From Octopus sinensis (Eukaryota), in NCBI RefSeq assembly GCF_006345805.1, contig NC_043000.1, positions 101,866,001-101,930,000 of the forward strand: 64,000 bases of DNA. The letters are read 5' to 3'. The notes under the pieces were generated by a model that saw only the letters and a list, made by a program, of their open reading frames with translations, searched no databases and was not told where the DNA came from. Shown one piece after another: positions 25,441-37,030 of the stretch. How positions within the stretch are numbered: the stretch's first letter is position 1; every line of letters starts with the position of its first letter. The position numbers and the translations under genes are program-made.

Positions 25441-27960
25441 AATATATATATATACACACACATATATACACACATACACACACAAAAGGAGAGAGAGAGA
25501 GAAACAGAGACAGGCAGACATTATAAGATATTTTGATTGGCTAATCTCAGATGTGTGTTCCAAAATGATGCTAGCCCATCATATTTTCTTCTGTAATTAT
25601 CCTTGCAACTGACGTCTTTAAAAGGCATCCACTCATCAACATCACTATGTATGAATTATGATTTTCAAAGATTTTAACTTTTATCATCTTACATTTTTGC
25701 CAATTATTGTCGAATGTAATGCGATTAATAGAGCTACTATACTCTCTGAAATATTTAGTACCAAAGATGATGCAAAATATCAAACAGCAGACTGGAAATA
25801 TAAAAGGATTAAAATTTGGCATAAAAATTAAATGACATGCTAAAAATAGTTATAGAAAGTGAAATGAACCTTTTTTAAATAAAAGATATATAAGTTAATA
25901 ACGAAAGACCATTTCTATAAGGCTTCTCTCCTTTACAAAAAACAGCCAGTAAAATGCAGTAAAACTATAAGCTGATATACTAAAGATTCCAGCTAGAAAA
26001 GAAATGAGTTTCTTTCTTAAATATGTAGCTAATAACTATGATAGTCACTAGCAATGGATATTGGAGAATATATGGGTGAGCCCTATACTTTTATTTTGTT
26101 GGGGGGTGTATGCACACATACAGAATGGCTGGAAATAAAAACGTTTTCTTATAATTCTTGTTATATCTGCCTGATTAAATATGTTCTGTTGTGTCTCTGG
26201 GAAACCTTAGCAAGGAAAAAAGCCTGTACTATATTTGTTCTCAGTTTGTATGTAAAGTCGTCTTTAATATATATATATTAAGTTTATATAAATGGGTGCA
26301 TAAACTCTCCTTTCTTTAACTTCAGAAATTTTTCAAGAACTGATTTGTTTTTTGCCAAAATATTTTTCTGGTTTTATCACTGTTTATTTATTTTTTTTTT
26401 TTACCAGTTTATCAACTCCTTTTGAAAATGGCACATTTAATAAAGCTACTAAATTCTTTGAAATAGTTTGCATTGAAAAAGTGTTATATAAGCTGTCTGT
26501 AAACTTTAAGGGATTAAATGCTGAAGCTACAATTAAACTGAATATCAAAACTGACTACTGGAAAGAAGTGTGTGTGTGTGTGTGTGCACACAGAGCAAAC
26601 AATTCACGAGAAAAATAATTCAGGAAAAATTAATTAACTCTGTTATTATCTAGTATAACAATTTTAAAAATTATAATTACAGAATCAATAATATAGGCGA
26701 TTGCAGGCCCCAAAAAAGCGTTAAATAGCTGAACGATGAAAATTAATCAAAAGAAATACTAAGCATGTCTACCTGCTGGAAATAACAGACAAATCTCTTT
26801 TTTAAATTGCCAAAATACACTGATAATAACTACAGAAATTAACCGTCCAAAGGCAAACGGGCCAACACAATCTCTCAGCATACATTCAAGTATTTGGATT
26901 CACGTGGACCGGTTTCTGGACTGGAATAATAGCCTAACCTTCTTCAGCATGCGTTATCATGATACGGAGCCCCAATCCGTCATGTTGAAGTCTGCGCTGC
27001 AACTGATTCGTTTTGCACCGAAATCATTTGCAGCCACTAGTGTGAAAATAATTTCAATACGGAGCAAACAATTCACGAGAAAAATAATTCCCGAAAAAAT
27101 AATTTGCAAAGATATCATTGACTCTGTGTAATGATAATAACAGAATCAATAATATAGGTGATTGCAGGAAGGAAACAACTTTCATGGCCTAATACAAACC
27201 ACATTAAAATATCCGTGAACGAAAAAGACAGACAACTACTGCCAACCCTACTGAGCTCACACCGTTACTATTGCTGCTATTCAGGCCGAAAAATAACTAC
27301 CATAACCACTAGCATTCTTGCTATTTCCGACAGCCACTCTTGCCGCAATACTACCAACTGCTACTCATACTGCTGTTGCTACCACGAATCTGCAGTAATT
27401 AATAAGAAACGAAACATCAGCACCATGTAGATTTTGTAAAATAAAATAAAATTGAATTTCCAGAACTGATATCATTTTATTTTTCCTTTTATATCAGCTG
27501 GATAATATCATCGTCTTAAGTGATTGAAACCGGTAGCATATTCTCAAAGCATCTTCTTTCTGCTCTATTTAAATAGATATGTGTATGTATGCATATTGTT
27601 CCTTTCATATAAATCTATGTCAACGTCAACGTGTTTATGTATAGATATGCGTATTGTGTCAGTCTCCCATGGGTAGCCACGACAATTCTGTAAGGTCTTT
27701 GATAAATGAATTTGTTTAACAGAAATGCAATAAAGTATTTTCCTTATTTCCATTCAACGAAGAAATTTTATACTTATCCTCATTTATCTTATCTATTCTC
27801 ACAGTATACACACAACTAGCATTTTTCCACCCACTCCACTTTTCTATCTGTAATTAATAATATATTCCTCGATTTATTATTACATATTTATAAATACTAC
27901 TTGTTAAAACTTAGTCGTTATACTTGATCTACAATACATGATGGACTTAAAGCATGCAAA

Positions 27961-28089
27961 ATTATATACTTCATAATTGTTTATTACGTGAGCCGATAAC
28001 TTTATCTGTCAGAAGAGCTTACTGTAATAGCTCTTTGAATGAGATAAGGTTATCGGTCCACGTAGTAAACAATTATGAAGTAGTGTAAT
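27961..28089. repeat. Imperfect inverted repeat, about 60-bp arms
   Basis: TACTTCATAATTGTTTATTACGTG...CACGTAGTAAACAATTATGAAGTA. Confidence 0.85.
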
Positions 28090-28886
28090 GTCAAGTAGCC
28101 ATGTATCCAAAAGTCCTGACAATCCGAGTGATTAAATTATTCTGTAACAAGTATAATGCTATGAAAGTCATATGGTTAAATAAATATATAGTCATTCTCA
28201 AAGCTTCACATTTTATGTTATTGGCGTACAAAAGAGGAGAGATATAAATTTCATTACTGAAGGTGTAGAGAAAGACACTAGGAGGCTTTATATAAAGAGA
28301 GTAAACTAGTGCTTTGCTGCTTCTGGGATGCAAGGTGAGATTCTATCAAGCCCGAATGAGTCAACTGGGTGAGGGTATCAGATGTTGAAAGACCAGAAAT
28401 CCCCTGCCACCTAAGAAACTTCACTGACGATGCATCCCAGGACATATATATATATATATATATATGATGATGATGATGTTGATGATGATGATGATATTTA
28501 TGAGAGAGAGAGAGAGAGAGTGGTAAATATTGTGGACACTGTCAATTGCAACCCTTCACGAAGAGTAACCATTTGGTAAAGACATGGAATTTGAATTGGG
28601 AGTACGGAGAGATGGAACAAACACAGAGAGGCATTCTATACAACACTTTTAATAACTCTACTAATTAATTGCCTTCATGTATGTATGTATGTATGTATGT
28701 ATCTATCTATCTATCTATCAAAATTTTTTTGAATGGTCTCCTCACAAGGAGACCATATCTGTCATATATATATATAAATTCAGGGTGAATGCTTGATAAA
28801 TGTAAGCACCTGTATATGCCAGCTAGTAGCAGAGGTGAGAAGATATATGTATCAAATGAAATAAAAAACAGAACACAAATGATGTC

Positions 28887-28978
28887 GCGGTACACGTGCT
28901 TCAAGCTTTATAAAACAACTTATTCTTTCATCAATGTATAATTGACATAACAGATGGTTTAAAGCTCTCTTCAGCTGC
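28887..28978 (-). ncRNA. Long-stem-II type I hammerhead motif
   Basis: GCAG-CUGAAGA-GAGCUUUA...UAAAGCUU-GAAGC-ACGU-GUA-CCGC; one core change (GAAA to GAAG). Confidence 0.65.
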
Positions 28979-29119
28979 ATGCAATTAATATAACAAGGAC
29001 CTGTATCATATTATGAAAAGTCCGGAAAGGAACATTTGATTTTATCCATAATGGTAGGTATATTGAGATTCACTAAGACAGTATGTTTGTAAATCTTCAT
29101 AATACCTTGCACACCTATT

Positions 29120-32100
29120 TGAAAACATTTTCAGGAAAATTCTCAAAAAATTTTTGTAAAAAATAAAAAAAAATTTGGGGGGAAACTTTTCAGAAAATTT
29201 TTGGGAAAAATTTTCAAAAATTTGTGAGGAAAATTTTCAAAAAATTTTTGAGGAAAGTTTCCAAATTATTGAGAAAAATTTTCAAAAATTTGTGAGGGAA
29301 ATTTTCCCAAAATTTTTCACAGAGTTTTGGGGAAAATTTTCAAAAAATTTTCAAAAAATTTTTCAAAAGTTTTTCGGAAAAGTTTCAAAAAATTTTTCAA
29401 TAATTTTTCGGAAAAATTTTCAAAAATTTGAGAGGAAAATTTTCAAAATATTTTTCAAAAATTTTTTGGAAAAATTTAAGAAAAATTTTTGAGGAAAGTT
29501 TGTCTAAAATTTTTGGGGAAAATTTTCCAAAAATTTTTCAAAAACTTTTGGAAAAATTTTCAAAATTGGTGAAAAAATTATTCAAAACATTTTGGTAAAA
29601 ATTTTCAAAAATTTATGAGGAAAATTTTACAAAATTTTGGGGAAAATTTTCCAAAAATTTTGTTGAAAATTTTCAAAAAACTTTTGGGAAATTTCAAAAA
29701 ATTTGTGAGGAAAATTTTCAAAAAATTTCTCAAAAGATTTTAGGAAAAGTTTCAAAAAATTTTTGGAAATTTTCAAAAGCTCTTTTCAAAAATTGAGAAA
29801 ATTATTCAAAAATTTTTGGTAAAAATTTTCAATAATTTATGAGGAAAATTTTACAAAAATTTTGGTGAAAATTTTCGAAAATTTGTCTAAAATTTTGGGG
29901 GAAAGTTTTCAAAAATTTTGGAGGAAAATTTCAAAAATTTTCAAAAATTTATCTAACATTTTGGGGGAAAGTTTTCAAAAATTTGTGGGATAAATTTTCA
30001 AAAAATTTTTCAAAAATTTTTAGCAAAATTTTTCAAAAATTTTTGGGGAAAATTTTCCAAAGCTTTTGAAGAAAAATTTTTAGGAAAAATTAAAAGAAAT
30101 TTTTGAGGAAAGTTTGTCTAAAGTTTTTATGGAAAATTTTCCAAAAATTTTTCAAAAACTTTTGGAAAACTTTTCAAAATTAGTGAAAAAATTATTCAAA
30201 AATTTTTGGTAAAAATTTTCAATAATTTATGAGGAAAATTTTACAAAAATTTTGGTGAAAATTTTCAAAAATTTATCTAAAATTTTGGGGGAAAGTTTTC
30301 AAAAAATTTTGGAGGAAAATTTTCAAAAATTTTTCAAAAATTTATCTAACGTTTTGGGGGAAAGTTTTCAAAAATTTGTGGGATAAATTTTCAAAAAATT
30401 TTTCAAAAATTTTTTGGAAAAATTAAAAAAATTTTTGAGGAAGTTTGTCTAAAGTTTTTATGGAAAATTTTCCAAAAATTTTTCAAAAACTTTTGGAAAA
30501 ATTTTCAAAATTAGTGAAAAAATTATTTAAAACTTTTTGGTAAAAATTTTCAAAAATTTATGAGGAAAATTTTACAAAAATTTTTGGGGAAAAATTTTCA
30601 ACAATTTTTCAAAAACTTTTGGGAAATTTCAAAAATTTTTGAGGAAAATTTTCAAAAAATTTTAGGGGAAAAATTTTCAAAAATTTTTATAAAAAATTTT
30701 CAAAAATTTTTGAGAAAAATTTTCAAAATATTTAAAAAATTTTTCAAAAAATTTTTCAAAAATTTTTCAAAAACTTTTGGAAAAATTTTCAAAAATTTCT
30801 GAGGAAAATTTTCAAAAATTTCTCAAAAGATTTTAGGAAAAGTTTCAAAAAATTTTTCAAAAATTTTTGGGAAACAAAATTTTTCAAAATATTTTTGGGG
30901 AAAATTTTCAAAGCTTTTGAAGAAAATTTTCATAAACTTTTAGGAAAAATTTTCAAAAATTTTTGAGATAATTTTCAAAATATTTTTCAAAAAATGTTTG
31001 GGAAAAATTTTCAAAAATTTTTCCGAAATTTATGGCAAAAATTAAAAAAAATTTTGAGAAAAGTTTCCAAAAATTTTGGGGGAAAGTTTTCAAAAGCTTT
31101 TGAAGAAAACTTTCAAAAGCTTTTGAAGAAAACTTTCATAAACTTTTAGGAAAAATTTTCAAAAATTGTGGGATAATTTTCAAAAAATTTTTCAAAAATT
31201 TTTGGGAAAAATTTTCAAAAATTGTGGGATAAATTTTCAAAAAATTTTTATAAAATTTTTGGAAAAAAATTTTTAAAAATTTTTCAGGAAAGTTTCTCTA
31301 AAATTTTCAAATGTAGTGAGAAAATTATTCAAAAATTTTTGGTAAAAATTTTCAAAAATTTATGAGGAAAATTTTCAAAAAATTTTGGGGAAAATTTTCA
31401 AAAATTTCTCAAAACTTTTGGAATGTTTCAAAAAATGTTTGAGGAAAATTTTGAAGAAAATTGAGGGGAAAATTTTCAAAAATTTTTAGATAAAATTTTC
31501 AAAAATTTTTGAGAAGAATTTTCAAGATATTTTCCAAAAATTTTTGGGGAAAAATTTTCAAAGCTTTTGAAGAAAATTTTCATAAACTTTTAGGAAAAAT
31601 TTTCAAAAATTTGAGATAAATTTTCAAAATATTTTTCAAAAATGTTTGGGAAAAATTTTCAAAAATTTTTCCGAAATTTATGGCAAAAATTAAAAAAAAT
31701 TTTGAGAAAAGTTTCCAAAAATTTTGGGGGAAAGTTTTCAAAAGCTTTTGAAGAAAACTTTCAAAAGCTTTTGAAGAAAACTTTCATAAACTTTTACGAA
31801 AAATTTTCAAAAATTTTTGAGATAAATTTTCAAAATATTTTTCAAATATTTTAGCGAAAAATTTTCAAAAATTTGTGGGATAAATTTTCAAAAAATTTTT
31901 ATAAAATTTTTTGGAAAAAAATTTTTAAAAATTTTTCAGGAAAGTTTCTCTAAAATTTTCAAATGTAGTGAGAAAATTATTCAAAAATTTTTGGTAAAAA
32001 TTTTCAAAAATTTATGAGGAAAATTTTCAAAAATTTTGGGGAAAATTTTCAAAAATTTCTCAAAACTTTTGGAATGTTTCAAAAAATGTTTGAGGAAAAT

Positions 32101-32418
32101 TTTGAAGAAAATTGAGGGGAAAATTTTCAAAAATTTTTAGATAAAATTTTCAAAAATTTTTGAGAAGAATTTTCAAGATATTTTCCAAAAATTTTTGGGA
32201 AAAATTTTCAACAATTTGTGACGAAAAAATTTTAGGGGAAAATTTTCAAAAAATTTTTAGAAAATATTAGAGAAAAATTTTCAAAATATTTGAAAATTAT
32301 TGAGAAAATTAACAAAAATTTTTGGTAAAAATTTTCAATAATTTATGAGAATTGCTCTAAAATATTTGAAAATTTTGCCTAACAATTTTTTGAAAATTCT
32401 CCCCAAATATTTTTGAAA
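29120..32418. repeat. 3.3-kb periodic A-tract/T-tract satellite (AAAATTTTC, about 10-12 bp unit) with higher-order duplications
   Basis: Continuous AnTn runs separated by C, GAGG or GGGG; about 650-bp duplication (AAGCTTTTGA at 30911 and 31561) and about 390-bp duplication (about 29798 and 30187). Confidence 0.95.
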
Positions 32419-32943
32419 ACTCCGGATAACTCCGATAATCTCTGGTAATCTCCGGCAATTTCCGCCAATCCCCCGTAATTTCCGGCAATTTCCGCCAAAC
32501 TCCGTTGATTTCCGACAATCTCCGGCAATTTGCGCCAATCTCCGGCAGTTTTCCGGCAATCTCCGCTAGTTTCTGACAATTTCCGCTAAACTCCGTTAAT
32601 TTCCGGCATTCTCCGGTAATTTTCGGCCATTCCCGGCAATCTCCGGCAGTTTCCGACAATTTCCGCCAAACTCCGTTAATTTCCCGCAATCTCCGGCAGT
32701 TTCTGGCAATCTCCGGCAGTTTCCGGCAATCTCCGGTAATTTCCGGTCATTCTCGACAATCTCCGGCAGTTTCCGGAAAACTCCGCCAGTTTCCGGCAAT
32801 TTTCGCCAAACTCCGTTAATTTCCGGCAATTTCCGCCAATCTCCGGCAGTTTCCGGCAATATCCGTCAGTTTCCGGCAATCTCCGGTAATTTCCGCCAAT
32901 GTCCGTTAATTTCCGGCAATTCCCGTCAATCTTCGGCAATCTT
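32419..32943. repeat. 10-bp tandem array (TTTCCGGCAA / CTCCGGCAAT / CTCCGTTAAT variants), about 52 units
   Basis: 10-bp register read directly. Confidence 0.95.
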
Positions 32944-33949
32944 TATTTGAAAAATCTTTAATTATTATAAATCTTCCTCAGTGGAAGATTTATAATAATT
33001 AAAAAATAGAACACACACACACACCAACACACACACACACACGCACGCAGAATTTGTATTGCGTCTTACTTCTGAAACTTAGTTCTGAATCTTTTGTTCA
33101 CTGGTTGAAATTTCCATACAGTAAAAATCCATGTTATAAATTTGGTGGACCTCAATTCAGCCGAGGAATAGGAAAACTAATATAAATTGTTATATTGAGA
33201 CGCTAATATTGATTATAGCAAATCTGGATACTAACATTAATAAATCCATAACAAAAAAAAAATGCTTGTAATAATGTTTCTAATAGTGTAGGTATAGTAA
33301 AAACAAATAGAAATGATATTGGTATAGGTCTGTTGCATGGAGAGGATGACGTCTTTTATGAGTAGGGAGATCACTAGTACAGAACTAGAGTGGATACCAT
33401 GCCATAACTGGTAATTTAAACCACAAAAGTAGGACTACTTTAGAAAACTCTATCAACTTAGAAACTAGTAAAGTACATGGGTAAAGCACCAAAAGTAACT
33501 AAAATCCTCAAATCTAATAGTAATAATAATAATAATAATCCTTTCTACTATACCCGCTGGTGCGGGAGGATGCTAGACGATTTCATCGACCCCTAGTACT
33601 CAACTGGCAACTATTCTATTGACTCCAAAATGATGAAAAGCAATGTCGACCTCAGCGGAATTTGAATTCAGAGCATAAAGCCAGAAGAAAGTATTTTTTC
33701 CGGCATGCTAACGATTCTGCAAGATGGATGCTTTAAGCATATGGCGGGAAACTTTGGTGAAGGGGATGTTCGATTACATCCACCCTAATGCTTGGCTGGT
33801 ACTTAATTTATCAACCCCGAAAGGATGAACGGCAAAGTAGACCACGTTGGAATTTGAAATCAGAACGTGGAAACAGACGAAACGCCACAAAGCATTTCGT
33901 CCGTCTTTATCGGTTCTATCCACCATGCTGCCTAAATAACAACAACAGC

Positions 33950-34000
<51 letters not shown>

Positions 34001-34002
<2 letters not shown>

Positions 34003-34417
34003 CACAGATTTGCTTGTCAGTTGTTTGACCTTAACCAGTTGAGCATGTCCCTTAGTGGCTGACGATATGTGCATCTCTGATCATGAGCAGAAGTAGTGGG
34101 GGAGCATCATAGCCATGTGTTGAGAGGGATTCTTTGGGGTTTGAATATTTCACCTCTGGAAACATAGGTGTTTCGTTCAACATCTTTAAACAACCCTTAT
34201 TCAGGGACTTTTTTAGCGGGATGGGTTACTCGACCAGAAGAAAATTCTAACTGGGCCCCACCTGCAAGGTCATGTGCTGTTTATCTTGATATGAGATCAC
34301 CATGTCGCGCACATATGGTTGTGATGCATGTGCCTAGTGTACCCTTATCAGACAGGTAGTCATGATGGGTATACTGGGCTTCGTGTCACTTTGATGGCAT
34401 GCACTACTCTCTCACTC

Positions 34418-34418
<1 letters not shown>
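34001..34418 (+). mobile_element. About 420-bp element inserted in (AAT)n
   Basis: Complex sequence bounded on both sides by (AAT)n arrays; no ORF. Confidence 0.5.
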
Positions 34419-34465
<47 letters not shown>

Positions 34466-35096
34466 CATAATAACGTAATTAATGGAAACTCTTATTGGAC
34501 AAGTACAAGAACTACAAGGAATATAACATAATTCCCCCATACTCTTAAAAACATACTTTAGGCATTTCTGGATATATTCAGAAAAAAATTCCCACCACAA
34601 TATAGAAACCACCAAAGTTTTAATGCTTGTGCAGTGAAACATTTTTAGTCGGGCGCCCCAAACTTGACTAATACATTGCAGCCTTGAAGTATAATAGCGT
34701 TTGCAAATGCAGTAATAACACTACTGAGAAGCGTTTATCAAATAATATGAAGGGAAATGTTAACGGAAGTCATGATAATGGTTTGAAATTCATTCGTTTA
34801 AAACTGTGATGATAGACGCAGGGGATGTTTCTCTATCGAATAACCATTGATAAATAGAACTAGCAGCGATTATTAAAATAGTTAACCGAGGATCAATAGC
34901 AATAATGATACTATGAAAGCAGACATAATATAGTCCCTACCGTATTTGGTGTAGTTTAAAGCTATCTTATTTCTTGCAACGTATCGCGCCAATTATCACG
35001 TACCAATAGTTGAATTAATATGTTAAAAAGTAGTTGTGATTGTACAATTGCCAGTATTTATCCCTTTAAATATTTGTGTCTCAGAGAAAAATATTA

Positions 35097-35478
35097 TCTC
35101 TCTCTATATAAAGCTGAAGTTGTCTGTGTATGGCAGGTTTGGTAGCCTTCAATTAACACCAAGACACTGCGGCGCAAGCTGACCAAAATTGAGAGTATGA
35201 TAGAAGAAGCCTTGCTCTTCCTTCCGTAGAAGAAAAAATTCAAATCAGACCATATTAACACCAAAAATTATTTACACCAAAAGGTGCTTTTTTCTATGAA
35301 AATTCCTATTTTTTACGATTTTTTGACTGCTGTGTCGCCATTTTCTGGTGTATTTCAACCAGAAAAATGTTCACTTAAAGAGAATAACAAGTTACATAAA
35401 TGCAAAATTTTTACTCTTCAAAACTTCCAATTCTAAAGGATCGAAACAAACACGAGCAACGCCTGGTGATACTGTTAG
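35097..35478 (+). mobile_element. Non-autonomous Helitron
   Basis: A^TCTCTCTCTATATAAAGCTG 5' end; 3' end CACGAGCAACGCCTGGTGATACTGTTAG^T, related to the end at 49836-49862; no target duplication. Confidence 0.7.
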
Positions 35479-36752
35479 TATATCGATATAATGCCATTAC
35501 CCATTGTGGAATTAGGCATATATCCACTTACTCCAAAATAATAAATTCCTCACAAAAGTACTTCTTTTCCAATCCTAAATTAAAACACTGACATCCCTAT
35601 CAGAATCCCAATGGAAATTCAAATCTATGTTACCAAATATAAATTTGATTGGGATATTGTAAGCTCAGCAACACCACATAATGGTGAAAGGAGTGAATGT
35701 CGTTTGTGCACACAAGAAGCCACGGAATACTTACTAGTATTAACTTATTTTATAAAAAGATTGAACTCTTAGTAAATTGCAATCGTAAAATATTGTAAAC
35801 ATTTAAAAATTGCCTAATTAAATAAGGTAGCAAGTGACAGAATCATTAGCACTCTGGGCAAAATGCTTACGGCGTTTTATCGGTCTTTACGTTATGAGTT
35901 CAAATTCCGCTGGGGTCGGCTTTGCCTTTCGTCTTTGCTGGGTCGATAAAATAAGTACCAGTTGAGCACTCCGAAATTGCTGGCCTTTTGCCAAAATTTT
36001 AAAACAACATTACATAATTACAAATCCTGATTACGGTTAGTTTTTTTCAAACTTCCTTACATATATATCAGTATTGCTTTTGGTATCATTTAAACAGACG
36101 ATATTGAGAATGATGAAACCTGACCTAAATAAATTGGCAGATATCAGCACGCACCAGACACGCTACTGATTCATCGGTCCGATTGCGTAACTTTGCCAGA
36201 GGAATCACAAAATAAAGTGGAAACTTTACAATGCTTCAAAGTTCCGTTGCACAGGTGAATCACGTGTTATGAACGCACATCGTAAAAAGGGAGGTGTTTA
36301 CTGAAGACATAAAATACCAGCGATCAGGTATTCTTGTTCGAATCTACCAGAACGTAGTTAGAATGTATAAATACGTTATTGTTATTGCCATTTAGCCTGT
36401 CTATTCCCATCACCACAACTCTCCTTAGACTTTATCATCCGCACAATGGACTAAAGCATATAAATAGTAACTACAGAACTCGCAGAGGAACGAAGCCGAC
36501 CCAATATTTTTTCCTACATACACAAATGTATGAGTGTGTGAATATATACGCACACGCGCGCGCATGCGTGAGTGTGTGTGTATGTGTGTGTGTGAGTAAG
36601 GAACAAGCTGTCACCCTCGTGTGAGTAAGGTATGGTAACATGTATCATGCTATTTCTAATCGTTTTAGGTGCTTATGTAGTCGCGAGCAGATGGACACCC
36701 TCTCAATTATCCCACCCTTGACCTAGGGGCACATTCAGGATATGATAGCTGC

Positions 36753-36785
<33 letters not shown>

Positions 36786-36869
36786 AGAGAAAGATAGAGA
36801 GAGAGGAGAGAGAGAGAGAAATAGAGAGAGAAAGAAAGAGAGAGACATGCAGGCAGATAGATAGAGATC

Positions 36870-37030
36870 AGCATTAGCACTCAGCTGGTACTCATTTTCA
36901 GCTGAGTAGACTGGAGCAACGCGAAATGAAGTTCCTTGCTCAGAGCCACAATGCTCCAATCGGTCCGAGAACTGAACCCACAGCATTATGATTGTGAGAT
37001 GAACACTCTGACCACTATTCTAAGTACCTT
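36870..37030 (-). mobile_element. SINE family D head (related copies at about 42500-42740, 52640-52880, 55825-56165)
   Basis: Shared GAAATGAAGTGC(C/T)TTGCTCAAGAACACAA...GAACCCACGATC...CTAACCACTAGGCCA segment, the reverse complement of a tRNA-like head. Confidence 0.6.

Larger units (their letters stand above)
18244..26960 (-). other. Candidate multi-exon minus-strand transcript (lncRNA or small-peptide gene)
   Basis: GT-AG-bounded candidate exons: 26939-about 27060 (donor AAG|GTTAGG), 25693-25745 or 25791, 21578-21628, 19419-19491 (TAG|...CAG|GTGAGA) and a last exon starting at 18290 after a strong T-rich tract plus CAG. No recognisable protein family. Confidence 0.35.

Noticed and set aside
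25545-25640. Possible C/D snoRNA on the minus strand (UGAUGA...CUGA)
   Set aside because: No terminal stem and no recognisable rRNA or snRNA guide.
29175-32939. F/K/N-rich and PE/AG-rich ORFs
   Set aside because: By-products of the satellite arrays.
29116-32953. TATTTGAAAA at both ends of the satellite block as a TSD
   Set aside because: Low complexity and also present inside the array (about 32287 and 32363).
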